From NCBI GenBank assembly GCA_028534125.1, contig CM052817.1, positions 42,720,001 through 42,784,000 of the forward strand: a stretch of DNA of 64,000 bases, read 5' to 3'. This DNA is from Lama glama. Its lineage: Eukaryota. Below are positions 14,361-28,059 of the stretch, piece by piece (positions within the stretch are counted from its first letter, which is position 1; the number at the start of each line of letters is the position of its first letter). The position numbers were made by a program, and so were the translations under genes. The notes under the pieces are model-generated. The model made no database searches, had not been told where the DNA came from, and worked only from the letters and a program-made list of their open reading frames with translations.

Positions 14361-14654
14361 ATAAAGTCAATGTCATCTAAAATATATTGGTCTCTAGATA
14401 GGACCAAATATATGTTTAAAATATTTTCAAGATGGAGGTGGGTTATGACCACTCTAGGATGGAAGTGCAATCTTCCTCCAGGAAAACATAGGCTATCCAT
14501 TGTTCTTACCATTTAGTGGGATAATTGAGTGTGTGCCACAGGAACCAAAGACTTCTCACACTCCTTTATCCCTTTAATTGACAGATATACCAGATATACT
14601 ATTTATATAATACCTAAGATCATCTCCAAAGATAGCAATTTGGGGATCTGGATC

Positions 14655-14900
14655 CCTCCAGTGTGTAGTAATGAGGCTCTGAGAATCAGTTGACCTGTGT
14701 CCGAGGTTCATCGTCTGAGCTCCAATCCAGCACTGACTGGGTAACCTTAGGTAAATTACTCGGGTCTTTCTCTGTCCAGTTTACCAATCTATAAAACAGA
14801 GATAATCACAGGATTTATCTCCAGAGTAAGGGTTATATGAGATAACTGAGTAAAGAGCTTAGCACATGAACAATGGTAAGCACTCAATAGATGCGACTAT
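14655..14900 (+). mobile_element. MIR SINE
   Basis: cagtgtgtagtaatgaggctctgag...gtaaccttaggtaaattact...gagcttagcacatg...gtaagcactcaatagatg. Confidence 0.7.
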
Positions 14901-16385
14901 GTATTGCTATTTAGGTATGGTGATTCCATCTAACCCAGGAGGCTTGGTTTTAAAAATGTGTCGAGGTTAACTAAGACTCCAGTGTCCTGAGTGGTAGCAG
15001 GCATTATTATTTTTAAGGATGTGTTAACCTTAAGGAAACATATTTTCCCTACAGACCCAACATGATCACTAACGAATACAACACACAGAATATTTTTTTC
15101 AAGAGAAGAAAGGAAAATGTATTTTATCTTTAGCTTCTGGACCTTTTGTTCAAGACAAGGCTCTATCAGAAACAATAGCTTTGTTATAAGACATTTTATT
15201 CTTGGAAAGGTGGTTTTGAATATTCAGTAGGGCTCCAGGCTAGTGATTTTGTGGTTAGGTTTCTTGTCTTCCAGGAAGCCCTTGACAAAGGTCACAAACA
15301 ATTTGCTCGTTCCTCTTATTAAAATAAAGATGGAAAGCATTGATGATAACTCTGCCCAGCAGCTAACTTCATCATCTGTAGCGGTTTCAACATATGCTTG
15401 TGAGATAATGAAAAATATAGCATTAAATACAGTGGCAGATTGAATCTTGTTTCAGGGTAAATATAGTAAGTCATTTTTTCCCTCTTCATTTCCTCAGAAC
15501 CTGTTTAGCATTAGACTGTTAATATCATCACTGATACATGACAAAACCATTGCATAATATACTGCGTTTCAGACCAACCCCCACATAAAAGTGAGCAATG
15601 GAAAACTATGAACATTAATCGGGCATTCAAAATAATGAAGTGCCTCAAGCCAACCCTCTTTAAAAGCCTTCCACTCTTATAGTTTTGTAGGAACAAACAG
15701 TTTTATAAATCTGACATGCTTTTCTGGTCCCATTTAATATTATGAAAATGTCATTTTTCAGAAGTAGAGTGAATATCAAAAATTTTTAAAGATGCATTTT
15801 ATAGCCAAATAGCAAAAATATACTATGCAATCTTTATGATGTAATTCTTTTGAAAAAGCAAGTTTTGAATCTAAAGATCAAGCTGTCAATATTGGGAAGG
15901 AAGGATTATTTACACTTTAATCTTCAAGGACTAGGAAAATAACACCTAATGATTTTGAGCAACAAACATTTTGTTATGGTAAATAGTTGTCTAAGGAAAT
16001 TACAGCTATTCGAAGACTATATTTATATCCAATAATCATTTAAAATTACTAGTAATAAAAAAAGTATCCATTAATTTCAAAGACAAATCTAATAAATTAA
16101 CAATGATTGCATTTATGTTTGTACCGAAGAGCATATCTCAGGAAAAATTTTATACACGTAATTCCAAAAATACCTCATTTTAATTAAAATATAATTTACA
16201 AATGAAAGTATTTACTCATTTTATTAAGATTAAAAGCTGAATTAGGAGCTGACATTTTACTGGTAATTATCCTTTGGTTGGTGACTCAAGAAAAATCTGA
16301 GTTTTTCCTGTATTTATGTCATGGTTAAGTTTTTCTTCCCACTCGCATGTGCCTTGCTGCCAGATGTTGAACATGCTACCTCTCT

Positions 16386-16709
16386 CTCTCTTTTTGTTTT
16401 CAATTGAAGTTTAGTTTATTTACAATGTTGTGTTAGTTTCTGGTGTACAGCAAAGTGATTCAGTTATACACACATATACATATATTCTTTTTCATTTTAG
16501 GATATTGAATAAAAAATATTGAATATAGTTCCCTGTGCGATACAGTAGGACCTTGTTGTTTAAGAGGATAGTAATTATTTCAAGCATATTTTCTAACCAC
16601 AATGGCATGAAACTAGAAATCAACCACAAAAAGAGAAAAAAAAAATGACTGTATAGAGAATAAACAACATGCTACTAAAAAACCAGTGGATCAATGATGA
16701 AATCAGAGG
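16386..16709 (-). mobile_element. L1 insertion with 5' inversion: minus-strand 3' end (16386-16561) fused to a plus-strand ORF2 endonuclease-region fragment (16562-16709)
   Basis: L1 3'UTR reverse text (ttgaagtttagtttatttacaatgttgtg...ccctgtgcgatacagtaggaccttgttgtt), then ttttctaaccacaatggcatgaaactagaaatcaac (FSNHNGMKLEIN, SDH-motif region of L1 EN). Degenerate 15-bp TSD at 16371-16385 and 16710-16724. Confidence 0.75.
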
Positions 16710-17269
16710 ACACACTGCCTCTCTTTAGTTGTTTCCACTACATCAGAGGTCAGTCTAAGTTCCTCAGTCTGAGTTGTCCCACCTACGCTGTTACCATCAA
16801 ATTCCCCTTTCAAAAGTGACATTAGGAAAAACATCTTCCCTTTATTGGCTCTGGTTTACAGAAGCAATAAATGGCTCAGCTGCAGCCATTGCTTCAGGAT
16901 CTAATTAAACAAGGAGATGCAGATGCTGTGGATTTTTTTTTTCCTAATGATACAAGCAACTGCACAGAGCACATATGTTCCTTTTCTATTCTTTGACAAA
17001 GACTACAGAGAACCTGAACTTGCAACAAGCATGGGATGTTGTATGTTCTTAAGTGTTATTCAAGGTCAAATGTTTTAGAAGTAAAAACAGCAACAGTTAA
17101 CCAGGTGACTTCATGTAATGTAGCCTAAGATTTAATGTTCTCTTTTATTTAAAACTTGAAATTTATCACATGGCTATATCTAGCCCAAATCCACTTTGGA
17201 TTATGCCTATACAGTCTTTCTTCAGGGAGTATCCTCCATGTGTTTTTTCAGATGAATTTTCATTTATCT

Positions 17270-18130
17270 TTTAATTGTGTATTTTCAATACGCTGAAGTA
17301 TATATGTAACATATATTAGAGCCTTAGAGCATAATAACAAAGCAAACACTTGTGAACCCACCACCCAATCTAACAATGATAACAATATAAATATTATTAA
17401 CATCACTGTTTTTTTAAGTATTAATATATTCAATTCAAAATACTGCCTAATTGCCCTTGTGATTTCTTCTTTGAACAATAAGATATTTGGAAATGCACTG
17501 TATAGTTCCAGGATCTTCTGTTATTTATTTCTGACTCAATTCCATTATGGTCAGAGAATACACATTGTACAATTTAAATCTTCTTACATTTATTGAGCTG
17601 TTTTATGGTCCAGAATATGGTCTATTTTGGTAACTACACCATGTGCACGATAGATTCTGATGTTTCGGGATAAACTGTTACATAAATTCAATTAGGGAAG
17701 GTTGTTTGATAATACTGTTCAAGTGTTCTACATACTTACTGATTTGCTGCCTATATGTTTTACCAGTTATTGGGAGAAAAACAGTAAAATCTCCAGCTGT
17801 AATTGAAAACTATTTCACTTCTATCAGTTTTTGCTTCATGTATTTCGAAATCTGTTATTAGCTGTATAAACCTCTGGAATAATTCCGTCCTGTTGATGAA
17901 CTGATCTTTTATCATCATGAAATGACTCTTTTTAACTCTGATGAGTAGTTTTGGTATCTAGTAGGTCATGTTCCCACATATTTTTCATTTTCTTCAATGG
18001 TGTCTTGGTTATTCTGAAACCTTTGCTCTTTCATGTACATTTTAAAATTACCTTGTCAAGTTCTTCAAAGTCCCTATTGAGGTTTAGTAATAATTCTTTT
18101 GAAATTTTACCTCATTTTGTGGAGACAAGG
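17270..18130 (-). mobile_element. Ancient L1M fragments
   Basis: attccattatggtcagagaatacacattgtacaattt...ttttatggtccagaatatggtctatttt is reverse-strand L1 ORF2-like; degraded. Confidence 0.65.
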
Positions 18131-18139
18131 ACAAGAATC

Positions 18140-19830
18140 TGATAAAGAATATCCACCCAAAACATAGAGTAAGCATTGTATTCAATGGCTAAGCAATAAA
18201 AACATTACCTCTAAAATCAGAAAGTAGATAAGGATGGTGCTTACTACTATTTCTACTCAACACTGTATGGAGGACCTGCCCAGCTTCATAAGATTTGAAA
18301 AGGCAATACAAAATAGAAGGATAGAAAAGGGAAAAAGTTGTCCTTATTAGTTAAATGACACATTTGTCCACACAGAAAGATTTTAAAGACCTACAAATGA
18401 ATTACTAAAAATAATAAGATAATTTAGTGAGTTCATTGAATATGGTTAATACATAAAAGTTTTCAGCAAGAAAGATTTAATAAATGTAATTCAAAAATTA
18501 AAATATCAATTAAAAATAAGTGATTCAGGAATAGGTCTAACAAGTGATGGATAAGACTTTAATAAAGAAAATTATAAGAATTAATTAAAATACAAATTCT
18601 AATTGTTACTGAGAATGTATACAAGAGAAATTCTCTTAATGATGGCTGCATATGGTAAAACCATCTAGAAACAGTTCAGCCAAACTTAGAAGACTTAGAA
18701 AACATATAAAGAACTCTTACAATTACAAGAAGATAAACAAGAGACATAGTCAAGATTATTCATTTATAAAATTGTTTGTGTGGTAGGCAGAATTCTAAAA
18801 TTGCCCTGAAGATTTCCACTTTGTGGTATTCTGTGTAATGTCCTTACCCTAAATCTGAGAAGAACTTGTGAATATGATGAGCCATCACTTTCATGATTAC
18901 GTTATATTATATGACAGAAGGGAGTCTGCAGAAGGAATTAAGGTCTCTGATTAATTGACTTTCTGTTAATCAAAAGGAATGCCACTCTGGGTGGGCCTGA
19001 TCTAATCAGAGGGCCTTGAAAAGAGGTAGAAGAGATTCAAAACTAAAGATATTTATTTTCTTGGCCTTGAATGAGCAAAATGCCATATTGCATATTCACA
19101 TGCCAGGGAAAGATGGGTGGTTTCTGAAGCTGAGAGGACCCTGGGTCTCTCAGAAGACTGCAGCTCTGACCATATCTTTATTTTGGCTTTATGAGATCCT
19201 AAGCAAAGAAAACCAACTGATCCAGGCTATATCCAGATTCCAGACCCACAAAACTATAACAAATTTGTGCTTTTATAAGCCTCTAAGTTTTTGGTAATTT
19301 GTCACACAGCAATAGAAAAATGCAGTGTGTAACAGCAAAATGCAAAAGACAAAACAAAACAAAAACCTTGAAATAACCCAGATGTCCATGAGTGACAAAT
19401 GAATTAATAAACTAATTCATTATAGTCATACAATGCTATACTAGACCATGATAAAATTAAATAAACTATACTAACATAAGTGAATCTTAAAAAAAGTTGA
19501 GAAAAAAATGCAAATTACAGAAGTATACACACTATGACTTTACTTATAAAATTATTAAAATAGGAAAAGTTAAATAATATATAATTTAAGGACATATGTC
19601 AATGAGGAATAGTTAGTATTATACAAGTCAAGATTGATATTACTTTTGAGGAAGGAAGGAATTTGAAAGGGTTATAAAAGTAATTTCAAAGGTACTGGCA
19701 TTAGCCTATTTCTTAGGTTCAGTGGTGAGCACATACATGTTGGTTTCATTATCTTTCAAATGCTGCAGTTATGTTATAAACACTCTTTCACAATGGAGGA
19801 CATACTGCACCATTAAGAGTATACAATCCT
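18140..19830 (+). mobile_element. Ancient L1ME-type fragments split by an MLT1 LTR
   Basis: acattacctctaaaatcagaaagtagataaggatgg...ttctactcaacactgtatggagg and a degraded L1 3'UTR at ~19370-19830. Confidence 0.6.
18779..19325 (+). mobile_element. MaLR solo LTR, MLT1E/MLT1D-type
   Basis: Begins tgtggtaggcagaattctaaaattgccc and ends ttttataagcctctaagtttttggtaatttgtcacacagcaatagaaaa. Confidence 0.8.
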
Positions 19831-22099
19831 GTAAAAAGGACCCCAAATTCTAGAAAGTTAATCTCTTGTCTTCCTAGATTAGAAATTGAGTAATAAGTTC
19901 ATCAAGTAGAAAAAAAATATGTATGGCTCTCCAAGTGCATTTAAATACAGCAACAGCAGTAACAGCCATGGTAGTAGTCATCTCTTCAACCTAATTAGTG
20001 ATGGCAGTTGAAGCAGATTAGCAAAGTGAGCCAGGAGACTAGTGACCCAGGTGTCATCTTTCTTCTGAGGTGTATGCTTTGCATGTTCAATCTGTGCTGT
20101 GTTGGGGAAGTGAAGCCGAGACAAAACCCAAGTGCTAATAACAGTGAGAGAAAGACACAGAGGCAGAAAATTGAGGGAGAGAAAAGATTTTAAATATGCT
20201 TCACATTTCTTGGATTAATTAGAAAGTGAATCATAACCCAGTATTTAAGTGGCAACTTGATTGTGGGTGAATTATTTATTCAGTTGAAACACACAACCTA
20301 TGTTCATAACATGGAGTTGTTTTGCTTATGCATCTTGAATAGTGAATCAGGGGAATTACCGTAGTAAGGGTCCCAAGAAACTCCATCAAACCTGAACTCA
20401 TGATTTTTCCTGATGAAATATTGAAAGGCAAGCCAATTCTCTATTTTCACACTAATGCTTCAAAATCTAATTCTGCTTCTCCAAAGCCAGTTCTGAATCT
20501 GACAACCACAATAGCTAAAGCAAATTATCAGACCTACAGTTATGACGGGAACAACACTCTGCAGTAAGACTTTGTATAGATATAACCATGTCTCTCACAC
20601 ACTCATCACTTATAACAAAGTGATGCTAAATCAGATTTCACAAAGTGTTGATTCTCATAATCAGTTAGAAAGAATTATTGTGTATCCCTAAATTATTGGA
20701 CACTAACACATTCTACTTTGCAAATTAATTCTAGCCTAGAACTACAGGAATGGTTGTAAACAGGGTGGTACCGTGTATGTGTTGCTGCTGTGGGTTGAAA
20801 AAGATAGCAAATTATTTACTACAAAGAATTTTCCCTAACACTGAGGAAAAAAGAATCCACTAGTTTTCCCCTTTTAGTATAAACATTTTAACCATCATTT
20901 GCTGTTAGGTTAGAAGAAATGATTTTCATTCACTGAATTTCAACTCAGTATCACAGTATTACATCAACACATCATCCCTCACCTCTTTGACACCCACTGC
21001 AGTCCCACCAGTTTGGACTCCCAAATCCAATAACAGCAAAATTCATCTGTGCTAGGCTAATAATCATAGAACTTTAGACCTAGAAAAGATTCATGATATC
21101 ATGTAGTTCAACCCAGCAATAAAACTATATTTGGCATGGTTGCTAAACAAAATTTCTCTGTGAAAGAAACACTAGAAAAACAAAATTGAGTTTTCCTCAT
21201 AGACAATTTCTGAGAAGGTTTATTAGCTCCTTGAGTTTGAGAAAGAATTCACTTTTTAAGGAGCTGAATTCTGGTGTGCCCACATGCTCAGACACATACA
21301 CACAATAAAAATTGAGTCAACCATTTTAAAAGTGACAGGACCAGGCAGCATGGAGATTATAAGGCAACAACATTTATAAATGTTGGCAACCAGGAAACCA
21401 AAAGCAATTTATGTAGGAGTTTGGCATCCTAGATTCTCTCTAAAACTTTATGACTAATTTCTCAAGTACTTTTACTTCTCTCACTTAATCACTCTACTTA
21501 CTACTTTACAATATAGATGAGAGCACTTGGTTGCACCCAATGCTCCAAAGAGATCATGGAATAAAATACGTCAGCCAAGTTTTACAAAAAGGCTGGTTCT
21601 ATAACTAATAACAGAACAAATTATAAAATTTAAATGGGAAAATGTGAAATAAATTAGTTTTCCCTCTTGTGTCCTTTTCAAAAGCTAGAGCCTATTGTTC
21701 CCTTGCTTTTTTGTCATTCCAGTACTACTCTTCTTAATCAAATTATTTTGAAACCTATTCATAATTTCTACCATTCTACATCTGCTGCATACCCTTTATG
21801 TTGTGTCAAATTTCTGTTCTCATCAAGTTCATCTGTCAGTCAGCACTTTCAGGGCTTCAAGATCACTTCTTCCATAAAAAAAAGTCGTATTTGATAACAG
21901 TAATAGTCCTTTGCGTGAAGCTCTCATATACATTATCCCATTTCATTCTCAAAACAAGGTAGCGGGGTATATAGATTTCCATCTTCTAGAGGAGAAAAGA
22001 AAAGGCCCCCAAAAGATAAGTGGCCTGCCCCAGAGCACAGCTAAATAAATGTTTGGACCAAAATTTGAAATCAGGATTCTCACTATGCCCAGCACAATC

Positions 22100-22312
22100 T
22101 TTTTTTAAATTGAAGTATAGTTGATTTACAACATTGTATTAATTTCCCGTGTATAGCACAATGATTCAATTATACATATTCTTTTTCATGCTTTTTCATT
22201 ATAGGTTATTACAAAATGTTGAATATAGTTCCCTGTGCTATACAGTATGACCTTGTTGTTTATCTATTTTATATGTAGTAGTTTGTATCTACTAATCTCA
22301 AACTCCTAATTT
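22100..22312 (-). mobile_element. Short L1 3' end (cetartiodactyl type)
   Basis: ttttttaaattgaagtatagttgatttacaac...gaatatagttccctgtgctatacagt. Confidence 0.85.
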
Positions 22313-22772
22313 CTTAAAGAGCTCTTCTCTTGAGATATATCAGCTAGTCTCTGGGCATCACTCCTTCTCTATTGCCACTCTTCACTCCCACATCTATTTC
22401 CATGCAATGATGTTTAAGATCTTGCGTGCAAATTGCTGCTGACACAATACTAACTACAAATGATGTCTGACAATCTCCAAAACCCTTATAGTGCTTGACT
22501 TTCTAATGGTGCTTGGAACAGCCAGGACACAGACATGGTAATAATGTAGAATTGATGGAACAGGTCTCTGGTACCGCTGCCAGAAGGAATTCCATTAATG
22601 TAAAGAAGTTTTCCTTTCTCATATCTGAGAACAGTGAATCCATGACTGTCTCTGAATATTTTGCCTCATTATCATTCTAAGTGGCTGCAGTATTTAGGTT
22701 TGGTACATCAGACTGAGAAAAATAACATAAAATTTGAATTTACATTAAAAACATAGTCAATCACTATAATTT

Positions 22773-22885
22773 CTATCAGTCAGGGACCAGCCAACAAATC
22801 ATTCCAGGTAATTTGTTTCTTTTTTCTTTTTTTTAAATTGAAGTACAGTTGATTCATAATTGATTTTCAGGTATACAGCAAAGTG

Positions 22886-22927
<42 letters not shown>

Positions 22928-23353
22928 ATATATATATATAAATATAACATATATATATATATAATTTTTCAGATTCTTTCCCTTTTAAGGTTTTTATAAG
23001 ATATTGAATATAGTTCCCCATGCTATATAGCAGGTCATTGTTGTTTATCTATTTTATATATAGTAGTGTGTATCAGTTAATCTCAAATTCCTAATTTATC
23101 CCTCCCCCTTTTTTTTTTTTTTTTGCTTTTCCTTTTGGTAACCAAAAGTTTGTTCCCTGTGTCTGTCTCTTTTTGTTTTGTAAATAAGTTCATTTGTATC
23201 ATTTTTCCCTTAGATTCTACATATAACTGATATCATATGGTATTTGTCTTTCTCTGTCTGGCTTACTTCACTGAGTATGATAATCTCTAGGTCCATCCAT
23301 GTTGCTGCAAATGGCATTATTTCATTCTTTTTTATGGCTGAGTAGTATTCCCT

Positions 23354-23395
<42 letters not shown>

Positions 23396-24190
23396 CACCA
23401 TGTCTTCTTTACCATCTGTCAATGGACATTTAGGCTGCTTCCACATCTTGGCTATTGTAAATAGTGCTGCTATGAACTTTGAGGTGCATGTATCTTTTCA
23501 AATTAGAGTTTTCATCTTTTCTGGATATTTGCCTAGCAATGGGATTGCTAGATTATATGGTAAGTCTATGTTTAGTTTTTTAAGAAACCTTCATACTGTT
23601 CTCCATCATGGCTGCACCAATTTATATTCCCACCCACAATGTAGGAGGGTTCTGTTTTCTCCACACCCTCTCCAGCATTTATTACTTGTAGACCTTTTGA
23701 TGATGGCCATTGTGACTGATGTGAGGTAGCAGATAACTTAAATTGAGAAACTTAATACATGTGTAATTAGTGATACAAGAGCTGAGAAGCCAACAGGGGA
23801 TGGTGATGCAACCAGAAGATTAGCAATGGTAAGAAACCAGCACCACTTCTAGGGCTGGAGGGACAAAAGGGTAAGTCTTATTATCAAAGACTAGAAGCCA
23901 TGGTTGCCTGGTGGGAAAACTAGAATTCAGCAGAGGCCGTCTGGTGGGTAGCTAAAACCACAGGGGAAACCAGCCACTGCTGGAAGATGCTATCCAAAGA
24001 TAAGCTAGTAGGAGAGAAACACCTTGGCTTCTCCCATCCTTCTTCTCTCCCATCCCCCACCCCACTCCCACCCCCCAGGCTTCCTATGGACCAAATCTCC
24101 TTGGAAGCTGGTTGGAAAGTAAGTCTAAGATACATGGTTTATGGGTGAGAGGTTGGAAATGAATATTAGCACAACAGACAATGTCCAACC
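22773..24190 (-). mobile_element. ERVL-type LTR split by a younger L1 insertion
   Basis: tatcagtcagggaccagcc... (22773-22814) continues after the L1 as ...gagctgagaagccaacaggggatggtgatgcaaccagaagattagcaatgg...tagggctggagggacaaaagg, resembling reverse ERVL LTRs. Confidence 0.5.
22815..23729 (-). mobile_element. 5'-truncated L1 (ORF2 C-terminus plus 3'UTR) containing two (TG)n tracts
   Basis: Minus-strand translation includes WKQPKCP...[34 protein letters not shown] (L1 ORF2p end). Degenerate TSD caggtaattt (22805-22814) / cagataactt (23730-23739). (TG)n at ~22888-22920 and ~23362-23392. Confidence 0.9.
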
Positions 24191-26914
24191 CACTTCCCAA
24201 GGCATTAAAGAGAAATCTAGAGCTGTAAACCGACTGCTAAATTATGTCCAATTTACTTTTCTTTTATATAATAAAAATGATCTGCAAATCTCTGAGTAGC
24301 CTAGACATTATAGCATTTGGTACATAATGTAGTTGGTTAGGGAAAGTAATGCTAAGTATAGAAAGTGATGCAGCATAAGTACCATCATATTTTCTCATTA
24401 AGTGCTTAAGCAACAATAATGGATATCATTACACAAAAATATGTACTATAATCATAGAATTTTTGGACTGCATAAAGAAATGATTTAGTCTGTCTTAATA
24501 TAGTTATACCTCTAATTGCATATTCATTATATAAGCATTCAGTCAAGACCTACTATGCAGCATACAATTTGCTAGCCCCCAGAAAAAAAAATAAAAACTG
24601 TTTTCATAAGATAGGGTCATATCCTCAAGAAACAAACAAGATAAGAATTAAGAATAAAGTAAATGATACAAACATAGATACGATTGAGAGGAGCATACAA
24701 ATAAGGAAGTAATTCATTTTTCCAGGGGAGAGTGAGTCAAAGAAGACTACATGAAAGAGAAGATATTTGAGCCAAACCTGAAAAGATAAGGAAAAATCAA
24801 AGCAAATGTTATCTTTTTCTGAAGCCTTCCCAGGCTCTTCCCTCATACACACAATAATTATTATAATCATTGCTTACATATCACCTTTCTGGATCAATTA
24901 CAGTGCTGAATCATCTGTTTACTTCAAGAAAATGCTTAAAAAGAATCCCGTATTTTTCCATCCACTTGGTACTGCAAGAAACCTAGCAGAGATTGCATTG
25001 CATGCTATGGTGTTACCTTCTTTTTCTGTCATTCCTAACCCTGTCCCCTTGCTGTCCTGCTTCCTATATACTACTGAATATTTTATAGTAGCCGATCTTT
25101 GTTCTAGTTTGTTTTCTTTTCCAGTACAATCCAAGAGCCAAACAAACCTGCAATTCACATTGATCCAAGTTCCTTGAGACTATATTGAAAGACTTTCTTT
25201 GATCTCCCACATTTGGAAAAGGATTTAGATAACATTTTATATACTGGAAACCCTGCCCTTATCCAAGATGTTGATGGACTTCTGTAAGCCACCTAAATCT
25301 CACCACTTGTGTAGACCTTACCTGTTAGAAAGCCTCTAAAAATTTTATCAGATGCTTGTCTCAGATTCATTACATAGGACATTACATATCTATACCAATA
25401 GGAGTGAGGTCATTTTCTGGGATAAAAACTTGTCTCAGGGTCCCAAGGCCCACCCAAATTTTGCAAATGTCCACCCTCTTGGGTACAGTTAGATACTGCT
25501 TACATAGTATATTGGATATTCTTCTAATCCAAAGCTTCTATTGCATCCAGTTTAAATGAACATCCTATCACAAGATGCCAAAGAGTCTTTTTTCTCCTTT
25601 AAACAAACCTTGTAGAGAACCCTAGCACTAAGTCTTCTTGGTAATTACAAGCTTATATATTTTTATGCTGTGAGGAAAAAGAAACAGTTTTTAGGGGTGA
25701 ACACAAATCCGCGAAGACAAAGAACAGCCCATTGTTTGGTATGAGTCAGTTCTGCCCCAACCTCTCTGACTATGCTATTCCCTACACATCACAGCACTCC
25801 TAAAGACACAATCATATTTTAATGTTAGCCTAACAAAATATGCAATGTTATTCTCTGCAAGCAGAGAAGGCTGAGCTTATATTAAACCCAGTCTGTTTGC
25901 TCCCGTTTCAATACAAGGGGAGTTTCTTGACTGTCTTACAGCCACTGCCCACTGTTTAAACTCGGTGTTAATGTCAAAACCTTTTTTTCCCCAAAATTAT
26001 TGATTTCATATTTTATGTAGCTATGCCCTGTCAATGACCAGAAAAAAGGTGGGTTTGGAGTATGCAGCAGCATGAGAAAGTAGAAAATTCTTCTTTGCTA
26101 TTTACTTTTGCTTATCCACATGACTGAATTTATAATTTTTGGTCTTGTTTATGATTATGGACAATGGAGGAAACAATGAGAGTTCATCACTTCAGTAGGT
26201 ATAAAAAATATTTATTTGTTCATTTGTTGATGATCTGTTATACATTATCATGTGGCTGTCATAAGGTGTTTTGCTCTCTAAATGACTTAGGCATGAAAAT
26301 GCTTTGGCTCACACTACAGTCAAAGTAACTGCCATTTTCCTTTTCTGGGTCCAACTAGTTGCCTTTGAAAACTCTTTTTGTTGTTGTCTTACCCTAAGAT
26401 TAGGCCTCATACTCAGGATTAAACAGACTCAAACAAATAAAACTTACTGGTTAATCTGGTGCCTGTTCTTTCCAAGTTTGGATAGGCCCAAGGATCTTTT
26501 TCATCTTGCTTTCATGGCCTAGGGAATAAAAAAAAGATAAACAAAAGAGATGAAAATACAAGTGATAGATTAATAATTGATATGTGAGTTTTGAGTTTTT
26601 CTAAGTTGGTCTATTCACACTTGCCCCATTTGTCAAGCCTATACTTGGGGAAGTCAAGTAAATATACAATGTTCCTATAAAAGAACACAATGTACTCAAA
26701 TTCTGATAGTCCAAGCCATTTGAGGAAGAAACTATTACAGAAGAACCACATGACTTCCTGGATTATGCTTTGAGAGCCATGTCATCTTAAAACACATATC
26801 CTTGTTCTTGGAGAGAGGTATAACATAAAAGAGACATTTCTGAATGGAAATAATATTGGGAAATAACTTCCAATGTATAGAGTCAATTAAAACATTAAGG
26901 ATCTAAGCGGCACT

Positions 26915-27980
26915 AGATGGATAGACTATCCATATGAGCAAAAACCAGATGAACCTCTACATTACAACATACACAAAAATAAATCCCAATGGACTGCATA
27001 TCTAAGCATAAAATGTAAAACAATAAAGTTTTTGGGAGAAAACATAGAAGAATGTCTGTGTGTCCCTGGAGTTGGCAAAGATTTCTTAAACAGGACACAA
27101 AAAGCACTAACCATGAAATTAAAACAAAAACAAAAACAAAACCGGACAAATTGGACAATGTTAAAATTCCTACTTGGTGTCAAAAATCACCATTAAGAGA
27201 ATGAAAAATCAACCAATTGAGGGGGATGCTATACACTATAAGTATATCTGACAAAGGACACATACCCAGAACATATATTTTTAAAAAACTCTTAAATGTT
27301 AATGAGAAAAAGACATATAACCCAATAGAAAAATGAACAAAGGACTTGAACAACCACTTCATAAAAAGAATATATAGAGTGGTTAATAAGCATATTAAAA
27401 AACGTGCTCAACTTCACTAACGATTAGAGAAATGCAAAAGAAAACCATAATCCCCCGCCCCCAAGAATGCATAAAACGAAAAAGATGAGGAAATACTAAA
27501 TGTTGATAAAAATGTGCAGCAACCATTCTGGAACATTGCTTGGCAGTATTTATACAAAAGTTGAATATCATAGTATCTTCTGACCAGTAATTCTAATCCC
27601 AGGTAAATATGCATGTATTTTTGTTGATACATGTTCCAAAACATTTAGCTACACTAGTCATACTATTCCCAAATTGGAATAGTACAAACAGCCAACAACA
27701 CTCCCAATCTGGTGAAAAAACAGTGATACATTTAGGCAACAGAATATCAAACTGGAAAGAATATGAAGAACACACAATTACACAAAACAAGGTAGCTGAA
27801 GCAAGTATTCAGCGGGGTGAAAGTTGCTCTTGGAACAGGGGGCAGGGAGGCCTGGAAGGGGCATGAAGGGGGGCTTCTGGGGTGCTCGCGATGTTCTAGT
27901 TCTTCCTCTAGATTCTGGTTACATGGGTTTATTTAGTTCGTGAAAATTTATACAGATGTATCCATATTAAAAGTTAAAAC
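26915..27980 (+). mobile_element. Ancient L1M (ORF2 3' part plus 3'UTR) immediately upstream of the NAA11 promoter
   Basis: acatacacaaaaataaatcccaatgg...ggagaaaacatagaagaa...aaggacttgaacaaccacttc...ggggcttctggggtgctcgcgatgttctagttctt...ggttacatgggttt. Confidence 0.8.
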
Positions 27981-28059
27981 TGAAACAAATGACAGAATAA
28001 TGACAGCAACGGATCAGACCTTGCATTAAAAGCTCTTGAGAGCCTAATGAACTCCACTT

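Noticed and set aside
23210..23729. 78-aa and 122-aa ORFs
   Set aside because: Sense and antisense readings of a truncated L1 ORF2 end with a (TG)n tract; not host genes.
24625..25177. Overlapping 79-123 aa ORFs
   Set aside because: No domain or codon-bias signal; AT-rich sequence, partly degraded L2-like; lengths within chance expectation.
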